A DNA stretch of 64,000 nucleotides from the human T2T-CHM13v2.0 reference genome, Homo sapiens. The notes beneath the pieces were generated by a model that did no database searches, was not told where the DNA came from, and saw nothing but the letters and a program-made list of their open reading frames with translations. The stretch lies in NCBI RefSeq assembly GCF_009914755.1, contig NC_060935.1, one strand, 5' to 3'. The translations under genes and the position numbers were made by a program. Below, piece after piece: positions 1 to 17,869 of the stretch. Numbering within the stretch: position 1 is the stretch's first letter; every line of letters begins with the position of its first letter.

Positions 1-738
1 CTTCTGCTTCCCCATCCAATCCCCCTTTCTCTTGGAATCTACCACCTTCCTTGGAGAAATAGTCAAATTTCAGTCTCCCTAAGTTTTTTCTTGTATATGG
101 TAAGTTTCACATTCTCAAGCTCCATGGGGTATCAGTGGCTTGACTCATGTACTCAGTACTGCTGCTCTGCAGCCAGAAGGGGAGAGTTCTGGTGTTAGGG
201 TCCATTGGCTCCCACAGGAAAGGAGGCAGTTTAAGCTTAAGTCCTGAGGATAAGGGAAGGAAGTATAAGGAGAGCAGCATGTCACTCCGGGCCATGGGTG
301 CCTTACTCTCTGTAACCAAACACAGGTCATGAATTCAAGGACTAATTGTCATAAAAACATTTATCTGGTCTAAATAAGAAATTCATATTCCTCTGTTATC
401 ATAAATTTGACACTTTGAGAGCACTAATCTTGACTCATTTCGTGAAGAAAGCATTTTTCCTTTCTGAGTTGTCTCTCTAGTGGATATTCATCTCTAAATT
501 GCCAGATAATAAACAGCTCCGGACCTAGACACTTCTTCCTAACCACTTGTTTCCCTGCCTTATGTTGCTGGTGTAGGGTAAAGGTGAGAGGATGGATTAG
601 TAAGCAAAGTTTCAGTTGCTGTATCACTATATTAAAAATATATCTAAGATCTCATTTGGGAGTGTGAGGATTGAAACAGTCAAGAAAACTTGCTCGAGAT
701 AGCTTTTGACAGCAAGCTGACCAATGCTTAAAAATCAG

Positions 739-1030
739 GGCTGGATGCGGTGGTTCACACCTGTAATCCCAACACTTTGGGAGGCTGAGGCAGGAGGATT
801 GCTTGAGGCCAGGAGTTTGAGGCCAGCCTTGGCAACATAGTGAGACCCCATCTCCACAAAAAATTTAAAAATTCAGTGAATGTAGGGGCAGGTGCCTGTA
901 GTTCCAGCTACTCTGGAGGCAGAGGCAGGAGGCTCACTTTAGCCCAGGAGTTGGAGGCTACAGTGAGCTATGATCATCACACTGTACTCCAGTCTGGGCA
1001 GCAAAGCAAGACCCCATCTCTTAAAGAAAA
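739..1030 (+). mobile_element. Alu (J-like)
   Basis: Diverged dimeric Alu with aaaaatcag flanking duplication. Confidence 0.9.
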
Positions 1031-1298
1031 AATCAGAACTTAAAACAACCTTACATGTGCTTAGGAAGGTTTTTGACTCCAAGAAAAAATTCAGGAAGAA
1101 TTTAGAAGGGTCTATTTCTATTTAAGAAATCCAAAGGTAGTTTGAAAAGTGACTGAGAATAATTAAAAGATAGGGGGAAAGGAATAAAATTATTTCTAGG
1201 TATTCACACTTAACTATTATCTGTATATTAGTTAACATTCATATAGCTGGTAACTATGTGCCAGGTACTGTTCTAAGTACTTTAAAAACATTAACCTA

Positions 1299-1647
<349 letters not shown>

Positions 1648-1679
1648 TCATTATTTTAACTTACTAATAGCAGTGGTAT

Positions 1680-1925
1680 CAAGAGAATGGGAAGACAAGC
1701 CACATACTGGAAGCAAATTTTTATAAATGACATATCTGATAAAGAACTGCCATATAAAAATAAAAAGAACATTTAAAATGCAACAATAAGAAAATGAACA
1801 ACCCAAATACAAAATGGACAAAAGATCTGAGCAGATGCCTCACCAAAGAAGATATACAGTGCACAAATAAGAATGTGAAAAGATGCTCAATATCATGTCA
1901 TTACAGAATTGCAAATTAAAATTAA
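1680..1925 (+). mobile_element. Old L1 fragment (ORF2 3' region)
   Basis: aaaatggacaaaagatctgagcagatgcctcaccaaagaagatata...aaaagatgctcaatatca resembles L1M sequence. Confidence 0.7.
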
Positions 1926-2319
1926 TAGCAACAACAATAGCTAGTATTTTTCAAATGCCCACAGTACTCATACTTTATGAATCTCATTTAATCTTCACAA
2001 CACCTGTTAAGAAGTGGGCACTCAATTATCATGATGATTTTATGGATGAGAAACCCAAGACTGGAGAGGTGAAGTAACTTTCCAAAGGCCACGGTTAATG
2101 GATGTGAATCCCTATCTGTCTCATCTTAAAGCCTGTGCACTGAATTACTGTACTATAGCCTATTAATATTTAGTCACTTTTAATAATTTACTGTTTTTAT
2201 ACAGTTTTAGTTTTACGTTCTTACACAATTGAGTGAAAAAGTAAGCTTATCTAACACCTATACATATTTAACAAGGTTATTACCCAGGCACTACCGTTCA
2301 TCTGCAGGGAGCTTGTTCA

Positions 2320-2720
<401 letters not shown>

Positions 2721-2919
2721 CTAAACTAATAAAGTTATGGGATAAAATCACAGTCTTGGGGGGCAGTTATTCTGATCTTCGTTTCCATACTGTCAGTTTG
2801 ACAGATGTTGACTGAATAGCAGAAGTGTTCTGAGATGGCATATGCAATTGGATATTTTAACATGAATTTTAAAAAGCTATGATTTATAAAGTGTGCAAAA
2901 CTTACATGAGATAATGCAG

Positions 2920-3262
2920 TATTCTGGGCTAAGAGTGGGGGAAACTCTTACCAACCCGAGCCTGAAGGGACCAGAGGAAGGGGCAGTTACTGACACCCAG
3001 AGAGAACAGCTGGATGGAAGAAAACGGCCCCACAGCGGCAGGCCTTCAGTAAAGGGACATAGCTAACCCATAACTACCTGGAAGGCAGGAAAGTAGGGGA
3101 ATAACTACCCTGCCCTCCTTTCTTGGCCACACTATGATCTCCTCGCAGTGCCTCCAATTGGCCAAAGCCAACTGGAAGCCAAGTGCCAGTCTCCTGAAGC
3201 ACAGGGCAGGGCAAGAAAGGATGAAGACTGGCTTAAAGGAAAATGGACAATATCCAGGAAAC
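2920..3262. mobile_element. LTR33-like ERVL solo LTR fragment
   Basis: ccaattggccaaagccaactggaagcca...gcacagggcagggc...aatatccag resembles the recalled LTR33 consensus. Confidence 0.5.
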
Positions 3263-6200
3263 TGATAATGGCCCAAATCAGGGCATGTGCTTTGGTAAAA
3301 TGGAATTTCTGAGCATGGCAAATTAAAATCCAGCTCCTGGATCTGGGGAGTCTTCACTAAGTGTGGTTACGTAAGTAGTTGGGCAGCCTGACTATTATAA
3401 TCCTCTCTCAATCTCTCTCTCCATCAATTACATTTAAAGAGGCCTCTGACTCAAATGCACCAGCCCACAGCTTTGGTTCCCTTTGTGTTCTTCCTTACCC
3501 AGCTGGCACAACTGCTGAAGTGTGGAGTGCAGAAGAACCCTCTGAGCTGTTGTTGTAGCAAACGGCTTCCTCCTGTTGGAAATTTCACAAACCCACCTGC
3601 TCAATAGACATCCTTCCTGAGGTAGGCTTGGAAAGGTTACAAACATAAGCAAAGGACAGAAAACCGGGTTCCCATTTCTGGGCTTGTGCAAAGTACATGT
3701 GATTGTTGCATAGACAAAAAGAAGGGATGCTAGAGGGCAGAAAGCTGTTCACATGTTGGCCCAGTTCACAGTTTCCTGTCTTTACCTTTCCTTCAAAAGT
3801 TCTTGGGGCTGGTGTTAGGCACAAATGGCCTGTCCCTTTTTCCTGTACTTGCAGGTGATCTCATACGGCTCACCTTGACCATGATGCCCCACTGCAGTGC
3901 CTTGCTCAGCTCTGCTCTCTGATAACGCCCTGTGCACTGGCTCTTTCCCTTTGCTCTGTCCCTTTCCCTTTGCTCTGTCTACTTGTCCTGAGTCTCATTT
4001 CTCTTATCTGGTTGAAAGAAATGCAAAGAGATAAAAAGAAAAAACATGTCACTTTACTATTACATGTCAATTTTCAATTTACTTGGTTGCTAACAGAGTG
4101 ATGTAGTTCTCACTGTGTGTTCTGCAGAACCCTAGGGATTGGCAGAGTTAAGCAAGCAGGGCTTTAGAAACCCTGGGCCCCCCACAGCCTCAGTACCATA
4201 CATCTGCTTTTGTCTGTTTCATACATTGAGGTTCCATGTCAGGTTTTAATTGTAATAAATCTAGTTCTGCTGCTTGAAATTTTCAAGTGGTTGTAAACCA
4301 CTGGCTAGATCTCCAAGGGTACTTCTCTTTTGTCAGGGGATTAGGGATATCACGATCACAAATCAACTGAGGAACAATGAAGTGATTAAGGGCACAGGCT
4401 CTGGAGCTCAACTGCCTGTGTTCATATCTGAGCTCTGCCCTCTACCAGCATTAAGACAAGAGCTTGAGGACCTCCCACACCCCAGCTCAGTGATCTGTGA
4501 TGTCTTGGGCTACAACTCAGGATTGAGGAGAGGCTCTTGAGCAAGAGCCATATTCTGGGTTCTCACAACACTGCTTTTGAAATAAAGGTTGTCCAGTAAG
4601 CCAGTCACATGCACACAAGAAGAAGAGGAGAGGGAGGAGAAATGAGTTCCTCATAGGTGCTAAATATATTAGACATGGTTTTAGTTGATTTAGTCAAAAT
4701 GACCACGGGGAGAAGACTGTTACACAACTTCAGCCTAACAGTGCTAAGGTTTCCTGCTCCTGTTTCCCATGTCTATAAGATTTGTTCCTTGCATTTTCCT
4801 TGGCTAAACCACAGCTTCATATTCCACTATGCTCTATGGTCTGCTGTGATTATGCCTTAATGAGGACAAACCCATTTCCTGATCTCTTTAATGAATATTT
4901 GCTTCTTGACCCCCCATGTCCCCTCATTAATCTCCCCTCATATGGCTCCAGACTGCACTGCTAGAGGAACCTGACAACTCTCAGACAAACAGAAGATGCA
5001 CTAGAATATTTAAAGTTCTTACGGCAGTGGTTTCTGCAGCCTCCTGCTTTCACTGAAATTATAAGTATAAACGGAGCCTTATCTCACCTATGAATGATAA
5101 AACAAAAGTAGGGAGGACTCAGATGAAACACAAAGAAGAATGTTCTTGCTGCAGATATTAGAGGCACTGAGACAGGTTACTGAGGATGCTGCAGACCTCT
5201 CTTCCCAGTAATCCTAAAAATAATGGGAAAGGAGTTAGCCAGTTTGGGGTGGCTGAGGTACCTGGAACCAAGAAACAGGGCTAAATGATTTTGGCAATTC
5301 CTTTCTGGGACTTACTAGAGCCTAGTGAGCAAGAATATGGACTTTGCAGTCAAATAGACCTGGAAATGAGACCCAGTTCTAGTACTTACTAGCTGTGAAA
5401 CCTTGGGCACACTACTTAGCCTCTGTACAGAGAGTCACAGTGAGGATTAAATAAGATGAATGGACAAAGTGTTTAGCATAGGATCTGACTCCATGAGAGT
5501 GATCAGTAAATATTAGCTTCAGCACTTAGCCTAGGGTTTTATTCACCCATTTTCTTTCAACCCACCATGTTCCATGTCATCTGCACAGACCCATTCTTAT
5601 GCAACCACTGAGTTGAATTCTTTCTCATCTAGCTCCAAAATGGCAAGTCTCCAAGTCTGAACAAGTTTGGCAATCTCAACTGGTTCTCTTATTAATCAGC
5701 TGGGATTGAAACTTCTGACTTAATTCTAAGTAATATAGTTTTCACAGAAATGACCCAGGTCATATTCTGTCATTCAGTCTACCTCATGCAGAACCTGATG
5801 AAGATGCTACTGCTGATGGCTTGGTTGTTTCTCTTCATTCTTCAAGCCCAGATTCCCCTGTTCAAAGAGCCAGACTCTTTGAGCGGGAAGGGACCTTGGC
5901 ATCATTTAGCCTGGGATAATTGCTATACTACAGGTAATCTAGACTCAAAAATAGACTAAAACTGTGGGCCACAGGGCTTATAGGGGAGTCTTACTGGTGC
6001 AATTGACTTCTGTGTAGTTTCAAGGAAGGGCAGAAGTTGATGGGAAGTGGGAGTAGGGAGGATGTTTAACAAAGGAAATGTGCAAACACCACATGTTCTA
6101 AGATACAGGAACATAGAGTGGCTAAAGGTTTGCGTTTCAGGAGGCAAGTAGTTAGAGGTAATGGTAAATAGGGGAAGAATTTCAGAAAAGAAAAATAAAC

Positions 6201-6479
6201 AGATTCAAGAAAGTTTTCGGTAACATAAGTTTCCATATCTACGTGGAGTTCTCCAAAATAGAAGATGAACGCAGGTTTTGCCTATTCCGAAATACATGAT
6301 TAGTTCAGCATTACATATCAAGTATCACACCGAAGTCTTAAAATCTGAGGGCTTGTTTTTTATTACTTAATCAGAACTCCCAATTTGAACCGTCCACAAT
6401 ATCTCTGATAAGCATTAGTCTAGCTTAAATACTTCCAGTGCCAAAGCATAATACTGGAAGAAGCAACTCATTTCATCCC

Positions 6480-7660
<1,181 letters not shown>

Positions 7661-8251
7661 TCCTTTGGCACCGTGGAGAAAATTTCCACTTTGGAGCCAG
7701 ACACCCAAGGGATTTGAATCTTGGCTCTGTCTGTATATCTTCTATGAGTAACTCAATGTCTCTGATCTTCAGCAGCTTTGTCGGTAAAATAAAAATAATT
7801 CTCACCATACAGGATTGCTTTGAGAATCTGAGAGAGCACAAATACAGCACTGAGTTCAGATCCAATCCTGGCACATAACAGGCACTTACAATAACATTTA
7901 AAGACGGTGAGTATTAATGTAAATGTTTAAAGATAATGGCTGAGTTGGCCCTCTGCTAAATCTCCTCTATTCTAAGTTAAATATCTCATTTCTTCAACTT
8001 TTGCATAAAATATGATTTCCAGACATTGCTGCCACAAGTTGTATTTGAATTTTTTAAAAATCAGTAAGACAAGGGCTTTGGCCAATCAGAATGGACACAG
8101 GCCATTGGGCTGGATGAGAGTCTAGGAGGCCCCTAGTGGACCAGACATTCATTAATCTTCTAGTTACTGGATTCTGGGGGAAGTTCACAGTGTTCTGGGT
8201 GGGGAGGCATGGTGCCTGGGACAATGGGATTTGGTAGTGCTCAGGAGCTTG

Positions 8252-9195
8252 CTGGGGCTCAGGAAATGATACCCCAGGGTGGGCATGGTGGCTCATGCCT
8301 GTAATCTCAGCACTTTGGGAGGCCAAGGCAGGTAGATCACTTGAGGTCAGGAGTTCGAGACAAGCCTGGCAAACATGGTGAAACCCTGTCTCTACTAAAA
8401 GTATAAGAATTAGCTGGGCCTGATGCTACATGGCCTGTAATTCCAGCTACACGGGAGGCTGAGGCAAGAGAATTGCTTGAACCCCGGAGGCGGAGGTTAC
8501 GGTGAGCCGAGAGCATGCCACTGCCCTCCAGCCTGGGCGATAGAGTGAGACCCTGTCTCTAAATAAATAAATAAACAAACAAATAAAGAACTCCAGAGGG
8601 CCAGAGGATGGCATGCTGAGACTTTGAACTAAAGAAGATGGGAAAGCCCCACCAGCAGCCTCAGAAACAAGTTCTCTCTGACTTTCTCTTGCCCTCCTGT
8701 CTCTTGTCCCTCTTTCTCTCCTGATTCATAGAAACCAGAATTCCTCTTTCCCAAGGTGGGTCACAGAAACTAGAATTTCTTTCTCCCAAAGCAAGCCATG
8801 AGCCTGGAAAGATCATGTTCTCCCTTAATACTTCTTTCTTGAAGACCTTCATTCAAGAGCGGTCCCTTTCCATACTCAGGAGGAAGGAGGTCAAGAAGAA
8901 TCTGAACAGACAAGACTTGCTGGGGTTCCCTTCTCAGTCTATTACCACTAGATTATACCCTTTTGTCCAGTCGCATTTCTACGTAGCTGTCCATTCTTCA
9001 TCAAACTTAACCATGAAAGTAGACAGTCTTCCCTGGGTCTTTGGGTCTTGATTTCTGAAGGCTCTTGTGTCACATAAAATTACGACTAAATACAGTTATG
9101 CTTTTCTCTTGCTAACTTGTCTTTTGTTATAGGAGTGTTGGCTGTGGCCCTTATGATGGGTGAGGAAAGGGATCACTCCTTTTTCTGCCCCTACT
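8252..9195 (+). mobile_element. MER39-like ERV1 solo LTR, interrupted near its 5' end by an AluS
   Basis: Start tggggctcaggaaatgatacccca, internal ggcatgctgagactttgaactaaag, end ctgcccctac match the recalled MER39-type consensus. Confidence 0.65.
8278..8585 (+). mobile_element. Alu (S-like)
   Basis: Full dimer with (TAAA)n tail. Confidence 0.93.
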
Positions 9196-9374
9196 GGTTG
9201 CAGAAGTAACTATTTACCAATGGAGATATAAGTATTTCAATGTTTTAGAAGCGAGTCCCAGGAACAGAGCTTGCCTACTAATTTTTAGGCCCATTATCTC
9301 CATTACTACTTTCTGATTTTGGAAATAACTATTGGTTGTTCTTGGTATTGTTTTCCACTTCTTCTAAAGGGAAA

Positions 9375-10090
<716 letters not shown>

Positions 10091-10538
10091 TGATCCTAAA
10101 AACCCGTGTGCCACTACCCCTACTCTTACCCTAGTTTTCCAACAGGAGCACTTAGTAATATATTGCAATTGACCTAGATAAGTTTATTCATGCCCAATCA
10201 TTAGTTATTTTTGATAGACAGAGTAGCTGCCAAGTTGGAGCATGTAAGCTTTAGTTAATCCTCCACAACCTCACTGCCAGATTTTAATGATAGCAAACCT
10301 TGCACCAGATTCTGCTATACAGGCAGATGTTTATTAAGTAAATATTTATTAGCAACAAGGCATAGGAAGTCTCTCAGCTCTTTGAGGTGCTTTCATTGCA
10401 CCTTACTTGAATGTGCTTTACTAGATGCAGATGCGACATTCCAGAGTCGCCATTCAGTTAAACTTATGGTTGGTAACGAGCAACTAGAATCCTTAAACCC
10501 AAGGACACAGGAAGAGCTAGGGATTAAGACTCAATTGG

Positions 10539-11195
<657 letters not shown>

Positions 11196-12258
11196 AAGAC
11201 TCAATTGGCATCTCTGAGGCTAGAGGACATGAAGACGTGGGATGGAAAAGAGTGTCTATAAAACATTTTTGATAAGCCATATGTCTTGAATACTTCTGAC
11301 TTTACTAATGACAGCCCGTTTCTAATACTTATTAATCTAACTAACAAGCTACTAATGAAAATTCATTCTCAACATTCGTTATGCTAATTAGTAAAAAATC
11401 ACTTGTATTGATTGAGATTTAGAGCTACCCTGGAGCTAGCGTTGGACTTTCTAGTGCTAGCTGACCACCCTTGAGGCATGAATTCCCGATTAGGACAAAT
11501 GACTGCCCCAGGTTGCTGGCCAAACAAACACAGTAAAATCTGGCTGTCTACAGTGGCATATCTAAAATAAATTCTCACAATGCCATGTCAAACAGACAAG
11601 AACCTAAGGCATGAATATTCCCACTGAAGGAAAAGCCATGGTTTTATACCACTCTCCTGTTCCATTGATGCTGGAAGCTTTTCCTTATTCATAGTTGCTA
11701 TATTGTCTGTAGTAGATTTTAAATACTTCAATATAAACAGAGTCATGTATATGTGTATAAATTAACTTTAATCCATGCTAGGGGTGTACAGCTCACGTTT
11801 GAAGGGACTTCATCAGAAATCCATGCTCTAAGTGTGATTGGCACTTGAAGCATCCTGGTCAGGAATTCAAGCTTTTCAGGGAGCTGCGCTGAGAACATCA
11901 TGTACATTTGAATCAGAAGGTGTATAAATTAGCATAAGGAATATTAGTTATTATTTTTCATTGGTGAAATTAGCGCTGCTCAAGAAACATAGCTGGAGTG
12001 GGCTTGCTTGGACAAGATGTAAGAATCCAGCAGACCCAGCAGGCTGATTCCTCCTCCAGAGCTGTTGAATTCATCTGGTCTTTTGTCTCTCCACTTAAAG
12101 GGAAACTGTTCCCTGATTTGACCAGGAGTTTGGTGGATCCTGGCCTCAGAACACTGCTCCATCTGTTTGGGGTCTAGGTTCTCCTGTAAGGGTTTTAGGG
12201 GTGCCCTGAGCCTTCTGGTACAGGATGTGTGATGGCCTCTAGCCTGCTTGCTAAGAAA

Positions 12259-12325
12259 TGTGTGTGTGTGTGTGCGCGTGGGTGTGTGTGTGTGTGTCTG
12301 TGTGTCAGAGAGAAAGAGAGAGAGA
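12259..12325. repeat. Compound (TG)n/(AG)n microsatellite
   Basis: tgtgtgtg...gtcagagagaaagagagagaga. Confidence 0.9.
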
Positions 12326-12489
12326 AACCTGGTTTAATTTATAAAAACTAATCTCAGTTTTTATAGCAACATATCACCTGGTAGTGAGGTTGAAGGGACA
12401 TGTACAAACCTGAATAAAAACCCAACAATTGCTGAATGGCCAAATTGATTTACCAACAATACCTAACCCGAGCTTTGCTCAATAATAAT

Positions 12490-12722
12490 AGGCATCATTA
12501 GCTAAACAAGTTTTATGTGCCAGGCGTTCACTTTCTAAACCATTGACATGTAAAATCTCAATTAATCCTTTAAACCTGCAGATGTAGGTAATTCATATTT
12601 ACTTACGGATGAAGAAACTTAGGCTCTGAGAAAGTACCTGAGCAGATCCAGCGGGTCTCTGGCAGAGCCGGATATAAACCCAGGTGAGTGGGCTTCTGAC
12701 GTCACGCCTCTAGTACTTTACA
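12490..12722. mobile_element. MIR-like SINE
   Basis: cttacggatgaagaaacttaggctctgagaaag resembles the MIR core. Confidence 0.55.
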
Positions 12723-14626
12723 CTGCACATGGATGCAGGTTAAGCGCATTTCAATCTCTGGTTCCATTTTAGGTGATTAAATGATCTGGGCAAGATTAAA
12801 TTATGAGGTGGAAGAGGGGTGGAAGGGTGGACAGGATCTGACTTCAGTGGGCAGGATAAAGAAATGAGGACACGGTGGGTGTCCCCCTGCTGGGAGGCAT
12901 CCAAGACAGATGGGGGAGCAGGAACCACACTCCATGGTTGGCAGACTGTAAGTATTCCATGGCGTCATTATCACAGAATAGCAGCCTTTTAGAATTAAGA
13001 ATAGTCTTAATTTGTGCTGTGTTGGGTTTTTCATTTACATAATGTTAGATTTCAAAGAAAATTCATACACAAAATTCACTGCTAATTTAGCACTGAAGCT
13101 TCTGTTGAAATAACCATTGAAAACGAAGAATTTTTCACTCACCTCTTTGCTTAGGTGGTTGGGCAGTTTGAAAATTTGCCTCCGAGCAGGTCTGTTGGTA
13201 TGATCCAAACTCTAATCGCAGTTTCAATAATTTATTTGGTGTGGAGGATTTAATGTAATTTAAGGGCTCTGAGAAAATGTATTATTTTATGTGGAGCCTC
13301 ATTAAAAGCACTTGCAGTTTTGAGTCTGGTGGGAATGATGATTTTAACAGGTGTTAATTCAGCTGATGACACCACGTAAAATTTCCAGGGTGATGGATTT
13401 AGAGAAGGCGCACAGTGAGGGGCGTGATCTGTCGCACCCTCTGGGAGATTATATGCATGATACACAGGTCCTCCCACTTCTCCTGAGCTGTAGCAGGAGA
13501 TGGGCAAAAGTGGCATTTGGAACACGTGTTGTGGCCCTGGTGAAACAGGTGCTGGAAGAAGCACTTCTCAGAACCCCTGGCTGCACGGCCTCCACGGATC
13601 CCTGCACCACAGTGCTGAAAGGGACGAGCTGGGCGCTCCACCCCAGCTTCTGCTGTCCCCACAGCTCTCCTTTGGTGTCTCTCTCCATTGGCCTTCCCAG
13701 CCTCCCATAGCAGGCACCACCCCACCTACCTGTTCCCACACCCTACCTTGCCGCCACTCTACCCTGAAACCTTTCCTCCTTCTCCTCAGACGCTGAAAAT
13801 AACTTCCTGCTTCCTCCCGGAACCAGAGCACTTTAGCCTTCTCTGCTTGTCCCGTTCCAACTTCCACACACACACCTGAAACCACAGCTCATAACGTCTT
13901 ATTCTCCAGAGAGTTTGCCTATCACCCTCCCCAAAGCCAGTACTCATCTTTTTTCCCCCCAAGACAGAATTCTTTTTGTATTTACATATTTCTGCTAGTT
14001 TCATGTTTATCTTTCTTCTCTTTCTCAAGTTCCTTGCAGTTAGTGGCTGTGTCCTTTATAGGCATTTGAACCTATTATTGGGCAGATGATGACTAGGACA
14101 TGCATAAAAATATGTTGCAGGGAAAGGACCCCCTTCTTGCTCAGGCTGGCTGCCCTGGTGCTGACAGGCCCTCAGAGGCCTCTCTGCCATTCTTTGCAGT
14201 GAAAACTAGAATGAAAAATTCAGTCTCCCCAGAGCATTGATTCAAAATTGTTCCTCCTTCCAGAACCAACTGCCGAAGGGTGTGAGGAGCGGGGGTGGGG
14301 GTAATTCTCTCTCACCACTCCCTTCACTTTTACTTCAATTCTGTAGGATCTACTCTGTCTCTGTTAAGTACAAGACAGGGGAATAGACTCCAAGACATCA
14401 TTACAATTTAGAAAAGGAGATAAGTACCAAAATCGTTGTTCTAATGGAAGGCAGAACATGATCAACATCTCAAAAGAGGCCTAAAGCAAGTTTCAGGGCC
14501 TCTAGGGGTAGTTGGGGGAAATCCAGGAAGAGGTCAAGAAGTGGCCTTTTAGTTAATGAATAAACAAGGCCAGAGGGGAGAGCATCTCAATCTGTTCTGA
14601 CTGGAAAAGGGGTCTGGGGGATCCTA

Positions 14627-15094
<468 letters not shown>

Positions 15095-15498
15095 TCACAT
15101 CCCCAGGCTCGTCTGTGCCTAACGCATGCATCCCCAGTGAATGTACAGCAAAGGCCTCAAGGGAAGAAGATACAAGCCTTGATATGTAATTACACGGGGA
15201 TATTCAAATAATCTTCAGCTTAAGTTCCTCTCATTCACTTCAAACCCAGGAGGGGGAGTCCTACTCCTCTATATTCCCAGGGAAAGAGGTAATTTCCTAG
15301 GGACCCTCAGCAACCCATTGTCTTATGTCAGGAGGTTTGTCCTTGGGTCTACATAATTATAAGAAACTTCTAGGTTCCCGCTTCACACACTTTGTGAGAA
15401 AGGTCTAAATGCTTTCTTGATCTAGAAGTTCAGGAAGTTGAGTTACGCAGGGATGAAGGCCAGACAAGGGTAAACAGTGGAACCAAAACTTGAGGGCT

Positions 15499-15798
15499 TT
15501 TTTTTTTTTTTTTTTTGAGACAGGGTCTCTCTCTGTCACCCAGGCTGGAGTGCAGTGGTGCGATCTCAGCTCACTGCAGCCCTGACCTCCTGGGCTCAAG
15601 CGATCCTCCCCACTCAGCCTCCTAAGTAGCTGGGACTACTGGCATGTGCTACCATGCCTGGCTCATTTTTGTATTTTTTGTAGAGGTGGGGTTTCGACAC
15701 ATTGCCCAGGCTGGTCTTGAACTCCTGGGTTCAAACGATCCTCCCGCCTTGGCCTCTGTAAGTGCTGGGATTAAGGGCATAAGTCACTGTGCCTGTCT
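15499..15798 (-). mobile_element. Alu (J-like)
   Basis: PolyT followed by an antisense dimer. Confidence 0.92.
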
Positions 15799-17490
15799 GA
15801 GGGACCTTCTAAAACTTGCGCTCTCTCACAGGTTTTGAAACACATTGGAAACCAAATCCCTCGCTAAATTCATCTCCTAGAAAAGTATAGAAAACAGGAC
15901 TGGACTTGTGAGCTTTGTAACTGTAACATTACTGCTAACTTGTCCCAATCAGGGCGTGAGGGTCAAGCAGATACAGCATCTCACCTAGGCTAGGTACCTA
16001 GGAAGGGAGACAGTGCTGGTTAAGGCAGGGCTGAGTTGTGAAGGAGGTGAGGCCTACAGCCACTCCCTTTCCTTCTTTCTGCCCTAATTCCCGCTGTTCC
16101 ACTATACCCAGGACTTGAAATACCAGCTCTTCTCTTCCTAAGAGAGGTATCAGATGTGGCAGAAAAAGGGAGCCTGGGTTCAAATTTATCCCTTACTAAC
16201 AGTAAGTTAGCAAGCCTGTTTAACTTTAGGCAAAGCAAATAGTCTTCCTTTCTGAATTTCAATGCTTAAGGTCTGTAAAATGGGGGTGACAATAATTCTC
16301 GCTTTGGCCCACTTCAAAGGGTTGCTGTGCGATGGAATGAGATAGATAATGCTGTTATAATGTTATGCAAATGTAAATCACTGCTATGCAAAATAACTTA
16401 CTGCTATTTCCAGAAACTCCTCTTTGGATTTAATTTAATCAAGAGTGAGAATATAAGTTACTTATTCTATGCTCTGGGTGCATTTGTATTTTAAACCTCA
16501 TCAATTATCTTGGACGCTTTCCTAACTGAAGTAGATTTTGGCAACAGCAGGAGAAGGAGTTATTTCTTTGGGGGCAGGCGGGTATTTCTATTTTGCCTGA
16601 GCTGGTGAGGTCAATGGTAGTTATTTGGCCAAAGTAACATGGAAGAGGGAACAATGTTTACCATCCTAAGGGCAGGGAAGTCCCTTTTCTGCTTTAATGA
16701 CTCTGGTCTGGTTGCGTGACTCAGAGAGGCCTGCTTTGGGGGAGAAAACGAGGTGGGAAGCAGATGGTGGTAAGAAAAGATCTGAGATTCAACTACATTG
16801 GCCCCTTAACCAACCATTGCCACCAGGACAAAGGTGGTGTCACTTCTCACCTTCATTTAAATGCATGCATCCTATAAATATCATTGAGTGCCACCATGTG
16901 CCAAGAGTATGCTGGGCACTGGGCGTCTAGACTTGAATGAGATAGACTGGTTTTGTCATTCTGCTGCTTGTAGATTAAGAGGAAGATGGAGATTAAGCAA
17001 GTGACCAGAGAGGAAGTATCAAAGGCTACAGGGGACTAGAGCCTTAGAGTGAGGGCTGTAACCTAGCCTAGGTGCCTAAGGAGGCTGCTCTGAAACCTGA
17101 AGGCTGAATAGAAGTTGGCCAGCCAGGAGGTGAGCATGTGAGAAGGCCACAGGAAGAGAAAGAACAGAAAGAAGTCAAATTAGGCTTTGGGGAGTTTTTT
17201 CCTCTTCGTGGCTGTCCTTGCTGCTATTTTAAACATGACTCCACCTGGATAAAAATGTAGGACACTGTGACCTCTGTGTGTTTGTCCTCTACCTCCATCT
17301 CCAGTGGCCTAAGATGGGCAGTAGGACAGAGGAGGGCAGTTTAAAGTCTGACAACAGGCTTAAGACTGTTTTATACACAGCTGTGAGTCTATCATTACAT
17401 TTCCGTGCATGTTGATTTTCGTCATGATGCTGGGCAGCATCCGAGCAAGGCCATGCAAGATGGGACAGAGGGGGATATGGTACTGTCTTC

Positions 17491-17617
17491 CATCCTGCAC
17501 CCCAACTTTGATGTTACTTCAGAGGGATAGAGGAAGTGGTAGCTTGTTTACAACCCAGAGCTGGTTTTGAAGCTGAGAGGAACACCTCACTCATATTGCA
17601 CGATTCAGCTCTAACTC
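17491..17617 (+). repeat. Left arm of a 127-bp inverted repeat
   Basis: Reverse complement of 18681-18807, 119/127 identical with no gaps (manual alignment). Confidence 0.95.
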
Positions 17618-17869
17618 CTGTCCTGGGTGACCTTGCCTGTGGCTGCTCCTATCTCACAACCCAGTGGGGGTCCTGAAGGTTTGGGAGTGGTCAGGGCTGA
17701 AAGGTGTCTTTTCATTTAACTTATGAAGAAATCGTAAGAGACAAGATGATCAAGACAAAAAATTACATAATAATTTGGTTGCAAAGCCAGGACTAGAATC
17801 TATGTTTCTAATGCCACCTGCATGCACTATTTCTCTCTGGAGGCCTTCACACAAATTTGCACAGCTATT

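Noticed and set aside
3943-3979. 19-bp-period tandem duplication (similar short duplication at ~26528-26571)
   Set aside because: Ordinary local slippage with no further structure.
13250-13885. Cluster of overlapping ~100-aa ORFs (possible pseudogene)
   Set aside because: No recognisable protein similarity, polyA tail or TSD; locally GC-rich.
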